64,000 bases of DNA from the NCBI GenBank assembly GCA_964016885.1, contig OZ024758.1, positions 5,332,001 through 5,396,000 on the forward strand, given 5' to 3'. Below are positions 11,654 through 24,689 of this stretch, piece after piece. The notes under the pieces were generated by a model. It did not search any database. It was not told the DNA's origin and was given only the letters and a program-made list of their open reading frames with translations. The stretch is from Eledone cirrhosa. Its lineage: Eukaryota. Numbering within the stretch: the stretch's first letter is position 1; each line of letters begins with the position of its first letter. A program made the translations under genes and the position numbers.

Positions 11654-12338
11654 CCTGCGCATCAGTTGTGAAAAAACCAAGACCATGTCGACAGGTGACC
11701 CTCCAAATCCTCCCATCATGGTTGGTCAGCGTAACATTGAATGTGTAAATCACTTCCAATACCTTGGCAGCAACATCTCTGACGATGGGGATGCTGAGGT
11801 GGATGTGCGCACAAGGCTGGGAAAAGCAGCGGCGGTCTTCCAGCGACTCCGTCCGGTATGGTCCAGGTGTTCCATCGGCAACGCCGTCAAATTCCATGTT
11901 TACATGTCCATTGTAGTACCAACAACGATATATGCCTGTGAGACATGGAAGAGTACGGAAAGTGTATGTAACAAGCTTGATGTATTCCACCGTCGTTGCA
12001 TTCGGACCATGTTGAAAATTTCATGCAGAGACCAAGTTAGCAACGAGGAAGTAATGAGGAGGTCAGGATTGGAGACGTTAAGAGACATTGCCGGGAAAAG
12101 GAGACAGCGGTTCGCGGGCCACATCCTTCGTTTGCCGGCAGATCGACCTGCTCATATTGCCATGGATTGGGTACCAGAAGGTGGCAGGAGAGAAAAAGGA
12201 AGACCACGAAAAACATGGCGGAGCACATTCATGGAGATGGGAATTACCTGGAGAGAGGCTAGAAGGGCCGCCAGTGACAGGATCAAGTGGAGGAAGCTCG
12301 TCGCCCAATGTTCCACAAGGGACTGGAGGAACTAAGAC
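11654..12338 (+). mobile_element. 5'-truncated RTE-clade LINE inserted into a SINE, with 11-bp TSD
   Basis: ORF 11685-12335 (VNHFQYLGS...YACETW...LDVFHRRCIR...GRPRKTW) is an RTE RT C-terminus; CTAAGA-type tail; TSD TAATACACTGG at 11643-11653 and 12339-12349; SINE halves on both sides. Confidence 0.9.
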
Positions 12339-12947
12339 TAATACACTGGAGTAATTGCTGGCCTTGTGCCAAAAGTAGAAACAATTATTAAATGAAATGA
12401 GAGAGTCTACGAAGGAGAGAGGACATGGCTGTTTAAGCCCACACAACTTTCCAAAATGGCTGGATGCAAATTTTATATTAGCAACATATTGTTGTTGTTG
12501 TTATTTTTTAGTTGTTTGTTTGTTTTAGGTTTGTCTATTTTTTTTGTTTGTTTTTTGTTTACCATTACATGGAGGAGTTGTGTACCCTGTTCAAACTAGC
12601 AATTAAAAAAAAAACCAGGTTCAATTGTAGACCATGATGATATTGACCATTAAATTATATGTTAATGACATTGGAGTTTGTCAGGCTATCTACTCCATTA
12701 AAAGCTTTCTCTAAAGTTTAGAAGTCAATGTTTCCTACTTTCTCTGACTAATTGTATTTTAGTGTTATTTATGTAAATTATAAAGAAGAGTGATCACTAA
12801 TTACTTTGGATAAGCTTCAAATGATTCCAACAAACACACAGACATTCTCTGCTTAATAGGAGACACTTAATCCACTGCTATAGTTTACCACGGAATCTAA
12901 CCTGCTATCGTTATATAGCTTCTAATTGAATGGAAGGAATCATGGGT

Positions 12948-13018
12948 GGCGTGTTGGTGTAATGGTAACACATTGGTCTGGCAAACCAAAGATGTGGGTT
13001 TGTGTCCCATGTATGCCC
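12948..13018 (+). tRNA. tRNA-like cloverleaf with GGC anticodon at the head of a dispersed repeat (likely SINE head or pseudo-tRNA)
   Basis: Acceptor ggcgtgt/gtatgcc, D stem gtgt/acac, anticodon stem ttggt/accaa with loop CTGGCAA, T stem gtggg/cccat with non-canonical loop TTTGTGT, T7 run at 13029-13035. Related copies at ~37590-37915. Confidence 0.45.
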
Positions 13019-13313
13019 AAACTCATCCTTTTTTTCCATTCAGAGGGGTTTTTAAAATCCCAACTAACAGACTAATTCTATTTAGTCAAATACGGCATAA
13101 GCACACGTTACTACCTAATTTTCAAATTCGCTAGCTGTTTCTGAGCAAAGCCTGCTTTGTGTCTCCCTAGTTAAATACTTTGTTTAGCTGTATGTTGTAG
13201 TTAACATTGTCGAAGGCCTTGCTAAATTTTATTTATATAAAATAAGAATTTTATTTCTCACTCTAGCACAGCTGATACATAAAAGTAAGTATACATATTT
13301 GTATACTTATATA

Positions 13314-13393
<80 letters not shown>

Positions 13394-14641
13394 TATGTAT
13401 AGGTTATATCGAACATTAATAATAATGTTTCATTCGTTTGTTCAACACTGGCTTTGAGGAACAATCAACATGTTTTCTGGGTCATTATCATTCTTCAGGA
13501 CTGTATACCTCTCTGCCAATGTGTTGAACAGTTGAAAATATATAGTATTTTCTTAAGTATACATTGGCTGAGCATACTATATATATATATATATATATAT
13601 ATTAGTTGTTTTAAGGAAAACCATACATAGAATCAGTTAAACATTAAATGAATGAGTAACCAATACACATGATACATACATATATATGTATGTATGTGTA
13701 TATATACATGTGTGTGTGTGTGTGTAGACATATATACATGTTACAAGCATACACACACACACACACATGTACTTCTACATACATATTCACAATTACATAA
13801 AGTTCTCACCTTGTGTATATTAGAAATATACTGTATAGCCTGAACACTGTACAGCTATATATAATATCTATTGTTCAGTCTATATAATCTAATCTCTTAA
13901 AGTGATACATTTTAATCAGATTTCTGCTGCAAAGAATTCAATTTCTATGAAAATATAAAATGGCAAAAGTTAAAAAAACTTGTTGAAACTTGTTTAGAAA
14001 ACGTGACAATTTTACTGTTTATTATTCTTATAGGCATTAAAAGATTTTTTTTTTTGAGGGTGGGGGAATGTTGCTAATTATTTTCGATATTTTATACAAG
14101 AAATTCTTAGATCTTTCCTCAAATTCCCAAGGCACCAAAAAAATACTTCACGCGTGATTTTTTTTTTTTCAGTTCATTTATTATTTAGTTTGAAAATAAA
14201 TATATAAATACAGTAATTTGTAATTACACATTGTCTGGTTTGAATTGAGAAATGAATAACCTATCAATAAAGTTCTAGGGCACATCATGACCAACACAGA
14301 TATCTCCTGCATAAATAAATCTCTAGTCAATTATGGTTAAAATATATTTTCTCCAGACTCTCATTGTTAACTTTGTCTAACTTATAACTCATCATATAAA
14401 CCAGGCATAGACAACCTTTACGAGAAGCGCGCCGCATGAGATATGGCTCATGATGAGGTGGGCCGCATGAGATATAGAGCCAATATTCACAGGCCCAGTT
14501 GTATCTATATCTGTTGGCAGGCCCTATGCCTGACAACCACTTCTTCCGGTATCATCTGACAAGGAAACATGCAGTAGAAAAGAGTACATCAAGATATTGA
14601 GATAATATCATCCCTCCTATCAGATTATAAGTTATTCTATC

Positions 14642-14926
14642 CCAGGCATGGGCAACCTTTTTCGAGAAGTGGGCCACATGAGATATGGCCCATCATCAGG
14701 TGGGCCGCAGGCGCTAATTTACATTCATGCCCACATTAAAAAAATGTGGTACCTCAGGTTGTTTTGATTTGTTCCCTCAGAATTCGTACATGTTGATTTC
14801 CTCGATCGTAAAAATGATAGAAAGATCAATTATGACTGAAAAGTTGGGGTAAAAAAATCAAAGATTTCATTTAGGTGACAGGCGAGTCATTCAGAAAGCT
14901 TCGCGGGCCGCAGGTTGCCCATGACT
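14642..14926. mobile_element. hAT-type MITE
   Basis: TIRs caggcatgggcaacc / ggttgcccatgactg. Partial copy at ~14402-14480. Confidence 0.65.
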
Positions 14927-15059
14927 GATATAGACCAATGAAGAAGGAGAGAGACATCATATGGACCAATGAAGAAGGAGAGAGGCATTATATGAACCAA
15001 TGAAGGGGAGAGACAGCTATTTGAAACATTTATTCCCAAGGAGATAATATTCCAACATA

Positions 15060-15163
15060 CACAGGGTGTCCCAAGAATATGTATACATACTTCAACAGCA
15101 TACTAATAAATATTGCCTGTACAGGCAATCAAAGTGTGTATACATTTTTTCGACACCCTGTAT
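15060..15163. mobile_element. Short Tc1/mariner-type MITE
   Basis: TIRs acagggtgtc / gacaccctgt. Partial copy at ~53456-53510. Confidence 0.55.
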
Positions 15164-15260
15164 TGATTGTATTCAAGTAACTTAAAATCTATCACAAACC
15201 ACATCTATACAACTGAGTAATGGTATGTTTTAACTGAGATTTAGTCAATGCAATTGTTTT

Positions 15261-15580
15261 ATCATCATCATCATCATCCATCCACTTTTCCCTGCTTGCA
15301 AAGATGGGACGGGTCCTATTCAGCACAGCATCTCTCCATTCGTCACAGTCCTCCGTGAGCTTCAGCGATCTGAGGTCAGCTCTCACCACCCCTCCGCCCT
15401 TGGTTTTCGTAGTCTTCCTTCCCCTGGGACAGGTCCTATTCAGAACAACATCTCTCCATTCGTCGCAGTCCTTCATCATCTCCTCTGTGAGCTTCAGCGA
15501 TCTGCAGTCAGCTCTCACCAGCTCCACCCATTATTTTCGCAGTCTTCTTCTACCGTGTCTTCCTTCTACTGGGATTTCTT
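15261..15580 (-). mobile_element. RTE LINE 3' end with internal duplication and (GAT)n tail
   Basis: Translation VRADLRSLKLTEE...DEWRDAVLNRT occurs twice; same family at ~55765-56020. Confidence 0.7.
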
Positions 15581-16381
15581 TTATATAGATACATTTTAAT
15601 CAAAATTCAATACGAATGAACACTCTAGAAACTAAAAAGAAACTATAAAAATCTTCATCATCATCATCATCGTTTAATGCCCATAAGCCTAAAGATCTAT
15701 TTCTACAGAGATCATACAAGATAAATATTTGGGGATGGGAAAGATTTGTTATATCGAGATGTTTGTAAGCAAAAATGAAAATAGAAACTGAAGAATCTGA
15801 AGAAAATCCTATCATTAATCCATGGAAGTGTTTTAGAGCTAAACTTAGCTTAATATTTTGTCAGGCATGAAATAAAGGATAATACATATATGTATAGATT
15901 ACTAGTTTTATAAATATTTCTTATTATTACCAGTATCGGTAGAGTATCAGACACCATGCTTTGCAGCATAGGGTTATGGCCCTTTACGTTCTGAGTTCAA
16001 ATTCCACCGGGGTTAACTTTGCCTTTCATCCTTATGGGGTCGATAAAATAAAGTACCAGTAATGTACTGGGGTTGATTTAATACACTTTCCTCTCCCTCC
16101 AAATTACTGGCCTTGTGCCTATACTAGAAATCATTTTTAAGGGCAGTGGATTGGCAGTATCGGTAGAGATAAGCACTGGCTTGATGATCCTCCAAACTCG
16201 AAACAGACTTTAAACTTTTTTATACGTGTCTGTTCATATTTTGCATCCATTTTAACTTCCATGCCTTGTTTAAGTCACTGTTGCATCAGGTTACTGCTTT
16301 TGTCCTAACCGCTTGCTTGCTAAACAACGCATAAATGAATCTATATGGTAAGTCCATAAGAGATTTTGTTCTACTTGACAG

Positions 16382-16465
16382 GTGCAACAGGAAATATACC
16401 AAGGTTGGAGGCGTTATCAATTGTGGTGTGGGGCAAGCAACCACGACATAAATACATTCACATAG
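16382..16465 (+). CDS. Class B1 GPCR alternative terminal exon A (helix 8 + short tail)
   Basis: ttctacttgacag|GTG CAA CAG GAA ATA TAC CAA GGT TGG AGG CGT...TAG encodes VQQEIYQGWRRYQLWCGASNHDINTFT*; phase 0 after NSE, giving the EVQxEIxxxWRR helix-8 motif. Confidence 0.75.
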   Translation: MQQEIYQGWRRYQLWCGASNHDINTFT

Positions 16466-17577
16466 AAAAACTATCGACAGAGCTTATATTTTGAACTTTG
16501 GTCAATCATGATATATGTGTCTATTTAAGGATTAACAAAAATATTTAAAAGGATCATCATCATCATCGTCATCATCATGATTATGTCGAAAGCAACAAAT
16601 GTTGTCCCTGTAAAGGAAGTGCCACTTCCTTTGCTATCTTCAGTATAGAGAACTTCAATTTAGTGCTGTAAGCAAATGAAACGCTTACTAATCGCACAGT
16701 TTTCCTGCCGCTTAGAGGGGTGAGCTATATTGTATCTATATCATTACATCCTCGTTTGTCTGAGAGACTGAAACTGATTGTAGTCTTAGCACATTATTGT
16801 TGTTATTGTTGTTGTTGCTACTGTTTTTATTGGTTAGTCTTAGATCAATGCTGACCTAATAAACATTTTGTTTAGTTTGTGGAAATGTTATATATGAGAG
16901 GTCATTCTAGCAGATCATCGGATGTTGTAAAGATTAGCATTTGTAGTGACCTTGAGGGGTTTTTAACTGCATGTTACTCATATATTCAGAGAATGGAGTG
17001 GAGAGTTGTTTCGTTGATATGTGTAATGTATATTCTTTCTTTCTTTTCTCCCATTACTCCTGAGGAAGTTATAGAGGCACCACATTGACATACAGCATTT
17101 CTAGGACATTATGTTTTAAGCTTGGCAGAGTCCATCTCCATCTCCTCTCCAAGTCTGAATACAGCAGAAAGTGAGAGAATGAAAGTGAGAAAGAGACATA
17201 GAGGAAGAATCTACCCCAGAACTTGACTGCTACTATTTTATCGACTTTGAATGACTGAAAGGAAAAGCTAACCTTGGTGGGATTTAGACCCAGAGCAGAA
17301 AGCTGAAATGAATACCGTGAAGTATTCTATCCAATGTTCTAAAGACTGCCAATTTTCTGCCTTATGTTGTACATTGGTGTTGTTAAAAAAAGACTAAGTT
17401 GTCATGTCCTCATTGAAGATTTATTTGAAGTCTCTCTTCATGTAAATGTTTAAAGTGGATAGTGTTAGGGTGTGAAAGGTTAAAGATGGAATCATCTAAA
17501 TAAAATAGTGAGGGAGGGAATTCATCATTACTGTTTTATGTCTGTTTTCCACACTAGTATGGGTAAGAGGTGACAAA

Positions 17578-17975
17578 ATATTCACATTGCAACAAGGTCT
17601 TTGAGAAATTGAGGGAGTACTGCCAAGAGATGAATGCTTGTTTCATAGACCTTGAAAAGACATACGACTGCATTCTACAGCACCTATTGTGGAAGGTTCT
17701 GCAGGATTATGGAATCGATGGGCAGGTTCTGCAGGATTATGGAATCGATAGGCAGGTTCTTGTTGCTCTGAAGTCTCTATACAAATTCCCTATAAATGAT
17801 GCTAAGTCAAAACCCCTCAGTGTGGGTGTTGGACACTGCAAAAGGTGTATACTATCACCTCTCCTGTTCATAATCTTCATGAACAGGATTGATATGAGCA
17901 GCTGAGTGGGAAATGGTATTAACACTGGTGTATGTAGGATCAGTGGCAGTCGGCTGGAATTTGCAAATGACATGA
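17578..17975 (+). mobile_element. Degenerate LINE reverse transcriptase fragment
   Basis: Translation ACFIDLEKTYD...LWKVLQDYGI...CILSPLLFIIFMNRI. Confidence 0.75.
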
Positions 17976-18468
17976 TACTAACTCATAGGAAAGTGATCTC
18001 GGTGCTGTGAATACTGAGATGTGATCAGAGTAGTCGGGGAGGTATGGTTACCGCTAAGGGAGGTGAATGAGAGGGGATAGGAGGTTGAGGAAGGTATAAG
18101 CCTCATCTCGAGATGTGATTATATTATCTTACATAAATAAATACATACACACACACACATAAACACATATACATACACACACACATACACACACACATAC
18201 ATACACACATACACACCCACATACACACACACACACATATACACACCCACATACATATATACACACCAACACATACATACACATACATATATATATACAT
18301 AATTCTCGACAATATATATTTCCACATATAAATATATTTCCTTCTGGCATCTGTTCTGCTTCAGTCATTAAATTCAAATAATCTTATGTTTGTGCACGAG
18401 TCTATTTCCAAATATCATCATCATCATCATCATTCACTACGAACATTTTCATTCATAAAGATATATAT

Positions 18469-18514
<46 letters not shown>

Positions 18515-18633
18515 ACACACTATATATATATGTGTGTGTGTGTGTAAAAGGTAAACAGAAATAACAACACAATCGGTACAGTATATGGAAGGAATATATT
18601 AGTTTAACACTTGAAATAGCAGGAAGAGGGTCT

Positions 18634-18662
18634 TAACGTTTCAGACGCTAGTCCTTCATCAG
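18634..18662 (-). ncRNA. Minimal type I hammerhead motif (second copy of the 479-507 element)
   Basis: tctt-CTGATGA-a-GGAC-tagc-GTCT-GAAA-cg-TTA-aga. Confidence 0.55.
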
Positions 18663-18767
18663 AAGAAACAACGAGAAATAAGATAGATTGAAGGGACGGG
18701 CGGGTTGGAACTGGAAAAATTGTCTTTAGATAAAAATAACAGGTCCATTCATGTTGACATCTCTTGT

Positions 18768-18807
<40 letters not shown>

Positions 18808-19521
18808 CATACTTATATGAGAAAGAGATTAGAGGAGACATCTACTGGTACTTTTTTATTGACCTTGGTGGGATTTGAACTCAGAAAGCAGAGTCAAAAC
18901 AAATACTGCAAATCATTCTGAGGATCTAACGACTCTACTAATTTGCTGCCGTCAACTCTTTCATTACCATATTTCTAATGAAATACAGAGCCAGAATGTT
19001 AGTAAATATTATCTGGAATATAAATGTTGGACTGTCCAGTTACTTATGACTCACGCTATATTTAGTTCATAATTAAGACATACCATATTTCCTGGCATCG
19101 AAGGCACTATACTTTTCCTAAAATAAGTCTCAAAAATCTACCATATGTCCTGGAGGCCGAAGGAGGTTTATTATTTTTTTTCAAATTTTTGGTTGTCAAA
19201 ATTAGGGAGCTTCCTCGAGGACGAAGTGTCTTCAGCGCCGAGAAATACGGTAAATATTCTTCCCTTCATTATTTTGCTATCATTTGGCAGTATTGGTAGA
19301 AAGGTCGGGACATGCTTTCCAGCGTAGTTACGTCCCTTTACGATCTGAGTTCAAATCCCGCCGAGGTTGACTTTGCCTTTCATCCTTACGAGGTCGATAA
19401 AATAAAGTACCAGTAATGTACTGGGTAATTGCTGGCCTTGTGCCTAAAAGTAGAAACAATTATTTTGCTATCATAATTTCATATTTCTTTTTAAACTTTT
19501 GTTTTTTTTCTATACTTTCAG

Positions 19522-19800
19522 GTTCAAAATGAAATTTATAAAATGTGGCAAAGATCACAGCTTAGCGAAATCCCCTGCTTTTATTGTCATTTCTCGTTGT
19601 GTAAAAATCGTGAATGGAGGCGCAGTCGGAGCTACGACACTGTTACTAGACCCTCCGATATAAGCACAGTTGTATCTATGAGTGTGCTACAGACTCAAGA
19701 TAAAGAGGGTCCAGTAGGTAGGAACTGTATTGAGAAACCCTTAAAGGAGCCAGAACATCAACCAATGATGAAAGGTACTGGTGTTATTGAAATCAACTGA
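19522..19800 (+). CDS. Class B1 GPCR alternative terminal exon B (helix 8 + long Ser/Thr-containing tail)
   Basis: Strong acceptor ttttctatactttcag|; encodes VQNEIYKMWQRSQLSEIPCFYCHFSLC...GVIEIN* (92 aa), in frame with the TM7 exon. Confidence 0.85.
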   Translation, partial: VQNEIYKMWQRSQLSEIPCFYCHFSLCKNREWRRSRSYDTVTRPSDISTVVSMSVLQTQDKEGPVGRNCIEKPLKEPEHQPMMKGTGVIEIN

Positions 19801-19844
19801 AGGACTTACAGCAGCCATTGCTTCCTGTCACAATCTGAACACAA

Positions 19845-20245
19845 CTACTACAATAACTACAACAGAAACTGCAGCATTAACATCACCACACACTACTGCT
19901 ACTACTGCCACCACTACTGCTACTGCCACCACTACTACTGCTGCTACTACTGCCACCACTGCCACCACTACTGCTACTACTGCCACCACTACTGCTACTA
20001 CTGGCACCACTACTACTGCTGCTACTACTGCTACCACTACTGCTACTACTGGCACCACTACTACTGCTGCTACTACTGCCACCACTACTACTACCGCTGC
20101 TACTGCCACCACTACTTCTACTGCTACCTCTGCTACTACTACTACCACTATAACTACTACTGCTATTACTGCTGCTGCTTCAATTATTACTGTCACTACT
20201 ACTACTACTGCTGCTGCTACAACTACTACTACAGCAATAACAATA
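19845..20245. repeat. (ACT/ACC/GCT)n trinucleotide repeat, probably in the GPCR 3' UTR
   Basis: Direct; begins 45 nt after the stop at 19800. Confidence 0.85.
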
Positions 20246-20314
20246 TAAGGATCAACAATCAAAGACAACAACAACTATAAGTCCCATCTCCAGCTCCAAT
20301 CCCAACCCCTGTTT

Positions 20315-20906
20315 TCAGTCTGAGGAGGGTACATGTACCCAGCCCTAGTTCCCACTCTGAGGAGGCTACATGTACCCAGCCCTAGTTCCCACTCTGAAGA
20401 GGCTACATGTACCCAGCCCTAGTTCCCACTCTGAAGAGGCTACATGTACCCAGCCCTAGTTCGCACTCTGAAGAGGCTACATGTACCCAGCCCTAGTTCC
20501 CACTCTGAAGAGGCTACATGTACCCAGCCCTAGTTCTCAGTCTGAGGAGGGTACATGTACCCAGTCCTAGTTCCCACTCTGAGGAGGCTACATGTACCCA
20601 GCCCTAGTTCCCACTCTGAAGAGGCTACATGTACCCAGCCCTAGTTCCCACTCTGAGGAGGGTACATGTACCCAGCCCTAGTTCCCACTCTGAAGAGGCT
20701 ACATGTACCCAGTCCTAGTTCCCACTCTGAGGAGGATACACGTACCCAGCCCTAGTTCCCACTCTGAGGAGGGTACATGTACCCAGCCCTAGTTCCCACT
20801 CTGAGTAGGGTACATGTACCCAGCCCTAGTTCCCACTCGGAGGAGGGTTCATGTACCCAGTCCTAGTTCCCACTCTGAGGAGGGTACATGTACCCAGTCC
20901 TAGTTT
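20315..20906. repeat. 37-bp minisatellite, ~16 copies
   Basis: Unit gtacccagccctagttcccactctgaggaggctacat. Confidence 0.95.
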
Positions 20907-21604
20907 ATTTCATGACACCCTATGTTGTATGAAATAATAATTGTTTCTACTATAGACACATGGTCAACAATTTGGGGTAGGAGAAAGTTGATTAAATCGA
21001 CCCCAGTATATTACTGGTGCTTTATTTTATCGACCCCGTAAGGATTAATGGTAGAGCTAACCTTAGTGGAATTTGATCTCAGAAAGTAAAGGGTCGTAGC
21101 TCTATGCCATGAAGCATGTTGTCCGACACTCTACCAATCCACCACCCTTGTATCGTATGAAATAATAATTGTATCTGATTAAGGCAGAAGGTCAACAATC
21201 TTGGAGGGAGGGGAAAGTCAAGTAAATTGACCCCAGGGCTAACCTCACTGGGATTTGAACTCAGAACGTACTCCATCTCTCATTCCAGGCCGTCTAAGAG
21301 GTGTGTAGATCTCAAAGTCATCAAAACTAGACTAGTGCATCATCATCACCGTTTTATGTCCATTCTTCCACGTTAGCATGGGTTAGACGGGTTGTCCTAT
21401 TGTGGGCAATGTTAGGTCGACTGACCATGTTTTGCTCATACAGGAACTGATTCTGGCTGGATGCCCTTCCTGACACCAACCTCATTTACAGTGAGTGCTG
21501 GGTGCTTTTTTGCCGTGGCGCCTACACGTCCACTTTACAGGAGGGGGGGGGGGGCTATTGTCTATATGATTCAGCTTTGGCTTGTACCTGTGGGAAGTCG
21601 GGTC

Positions 21605-21745
21605 TTCTGTGTAGATCTTAAAGTCATCAAAACTGCAGACTAGTGCATGTGTGTCAGAAATGCTGGTCTCGTTGATGGCAGTCACATGTATAGCTAACGA
21701 CCCGAGATCGTTAAGCAAGCGACCTTGCTTCCATTTTTCCTCAAG
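21605..21745 (-). mobile_element. LINE AP-endonuclease N-terminal fragment (L1/Tx1-like)
   Basis: LNDLGSLAIHVTAINETS resembles the APE first motif; a zinc-knuckle-like HLCGETGHLRAFC upstream on the same strand (~22880-22920) may be an ORF1 remnant. Confidence 0.4.
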
Positions 21746-22214
21746 ACATGTACACCTTTAATTATGTTTGTGACACCTTCACGGTGCTAGAGTCAAGTTC
21801 ATTTATACAACCTACTCTTAAAATTGTCATGTTGAACAGAAAGAGTTAAGAGAAAAAAAGGTGACTGCTTACCTTCCGGGTGCTGTTGGAGATCAAGGTG
21901 GGGTTTCTGGGGGAACCCCTTTAAAAGCCTCCTGGTGGCCTTTATACTAGGGGTTCCCTCATTTAAGTAAGGCTTTCCTTAATCCTTTATGTTCCTCAAG
22001 ACATGCACAAGTTTAATTATGTTTGTGACACCTTAAAGGTGCTAGAGTCAAAATTCTCTCCACTCTTTCAATATCCTCACTTGAGGGCTGCCTGTTATGA
22101 GGGCCATCAGTTTTCATTGGCCCTCCTCACAAGCACAAAGTTTGGTGTGTGGGTGTGTGGGTGTTTGGTACTGTTTTTGTGTCTATGTTTGTAATGTTCT
22201 GGTGTATGTTTTCC

Positions 22215-22450
22215 GTTTTGTTGTAGTAGTGTTGTTGTTGATGGTGGTGGTGGTTGTGGTGGTTGTTGGTAGTGTTGACGGTTGTGGTGGTAGTGGTGGT
22301 AGTGGTATTGACGGTGCTGGTATTGACGGTGCTGGTATTGACGGTGCTGGTATTGACGGTGGTGGTATTGACGGTGGTGGTGGTGGTGGTGGTTGTGGTT
22401 GTGGTGGTTGTAGTAGTGGTTGTGATAGTGGAGGAGGTTGTGTTGTTGTG
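22215..22450. repeat. (GGT/GTT)n low-complexity repeat with a 15-bp ggtattgacggtgct subrepeat
   Basis: Direct. Confidence 0.85.
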
Positions 22451-24259
22451 TCTGTGTCTGGTGAAGATGTATGATCTGTGTTTTCAGGAGTGCATATTTG
22501 GTGTATGACAGAATATATATTTTTTATTTTCTTGTATGTCATTATTTTGGGGCGAGTCGTCCCTGGTTTTGGTGGATTCCTCTTCCTCTTCACTAGGAGA
22601 TGATGGGGTGCCTGTATCTCACGAATGAGATTTGGATGGGGAGAGTGTGTTTGTTTGAATGTCTATGTGTGTATATAAAGGGGAGAGAGAGAGAGAGTTT
22701 AATTGGGAGACACCCTGGGGTGGTTGTGGTGGTGATGGTGCTTTTGCTGCTGTTGTTGTTGCTGATGTTGCTGTTGCTGGTCACCATTGTTGATGTTGCT
22801 GCTGCTACAATGGTTGGCGCTGCTAGTGTTGTTGTACACTGTTGGGGTCTGGTGTTGGCAGCAAAAGAGTTGATGGCAGAAAGCTCTTAAGTGGCCAGTT
22901 TCCCCACACAAGTGGTAACGAAGCTTCTTGCTCTCAACTACAACATGTAACTCCATTCCTCCTGGCTTTATATGGAGGTGTATCTCCAAACTGATCCCAG
23001 AGCAGAGTTCTCTCCCCTTGTTCTATCAACTGCTAGATGAGTTTCACTACGTTCCAGGACCACACAAGCCAGGACCCACCTCTGATGAGATCCTGGAAAT
23101 ACTCTTTTACCTGTTCCAGGCATCCGGCTGAGGCCATGCTGGGGCACCTCCCTTGAAAAATCATTGGCCAAAAATATTGACCTTTGCCGTTCTTTTCCCT
23201 AAAAAAGAAAGAACAACAATTATTAACAAAAGGGTTTGCACAGTTTCAGCTACCATAGCCTAACCTGAATCTACTCTTGGGTCTTAGATAATTCTCCCAC
23301 TCCCTATTAATCTTACAGATCACCCCCTACCCCAACCCATCCCACACACTTGTTAAATTTTGCTAATCTATCACCAGCAAAATGTTATTTATACATTAAA
23401 AAACATTATACCTGATAAAAAAAAGTACATTACTAAAAATCCCATATGTTATAAAATAAATAGGTTGGGTTGGAGTCTCAATCATCATCATCATCGTTTA
23501 ACGTCCATCTTCCACGCTAGCATAGGTTTAGACGGGAATTGCCCCACTTGAGGCAAGATTGATCGGGTGACCATGTCTTGCTCGTATAGGACTATCTGGC
23601 AGGTTTTCTACGGCTGGATGCCCTTCCTAACACCAACCACATTTGCAGTGTGGACTGGGAGCTTTTTACCATGTTACCTACAAGGCCACATTACAGCGTG
23701 GACTATGTTTTTTTTTTTTTGTCGTGACATCTACACGACCTCATTAGTTTGGACTTGATGTTGTGGTACCAACAGAGAAAGGGTGGTGTAGGTGGTAGTG
23801 GGATAGGGTGTATATTTGGTTAAGAGGTGCCTACTGACTGTAGGTTTCGCTTTGTATGTAAACTAAACAACTAATTTTGGGGGGTTTTTTAAAACTCAAT
23901 CGAGACAACCTAGAAAAATTACCAACTTTCCAACTCCCTCACTTATTCCCCCTCCCACTATTATTTAGGACCCAAGAGTAATTTAGAACTAAACGACAAA
24001 ACACTAAACACCAATACTCAACAAATGTACATGCTATCAATAACATGGAAATAGCGGCAACAACAAGAAGAACAACAACAGCAGAAATAACATTTTTATA
24101 GCAACAATCAGAATTGTGTGAAACGTGATAGAGAGGTGGGTAGGGGTGGGGGTAGAGAGGGGGAGGGGTTTGGTAGAGTGCCAGACATAATACCTTGTAA
24201 TATTGTAATATATATTTATGGTCTTACACTTTCTGAGTTCAAATTCCACTGTGATCAAA

Positions 24260-24314
<55 letters not shown>

Positions 24315-24689
24315 ACAATAATAAATGTGCGTCCACAGATTGATTTTTTTAGTTTCAGAAGATCCCGTTAAGGGTGAAAGCAGCGATTCTTTGCTTAAAC
24401 TTTAATCTGTTATTTTAATAAATATATATATATATATGGTGGCTGCCAACTCGTTTTCGAGTATGGCCACTACTTTATATCCATGTAGGAGAACCCCTAC
24501 CGATGCGCTGAACGAGTGTGACTTTTTAGTCCAGCCAGCGACTTGAAAACTCTGGTACAAACACTACACTTGTGACAATTACTATATATATATTATTATA
24601 TATATATATATATACATATATACATACACACACATGGGAAAACTGACATAAGCGACAAATGAATTATACTTGTAAACAGCTACACACCC

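Noticed and set aside
16290-16347. Possible exon just upstream of GPCR terminal exon A
   Set aside because: In-frame stop, no GPCR similarity, and the implied intron would be only 34 nt.
19781-20274. Thr/Ala-rich mucin- or antifreeze-like ORF (155 aa) and its poly-Val antisense ORF
   Set aside because: Translation of a trinucleotide repeat; no ATG start or signal peptide; lies just past the GPCR stop in the probable 3' UTR.
20315-20906. 37-bp repeat array as a CRISPR array (likewise the 32-bp and 68-bp arrays)
   Set aside because: Units are contiguous with no unique spacers, there are no cas genes, and the context is eukaryotic.
22097-22989. Gly-, Pro-, Val- and Gln-rich ORFs
   Set aside because: (GGT/GTT/GCT)n low-complexity sequence, possibly decayed LINE ORF1; no exon structure.
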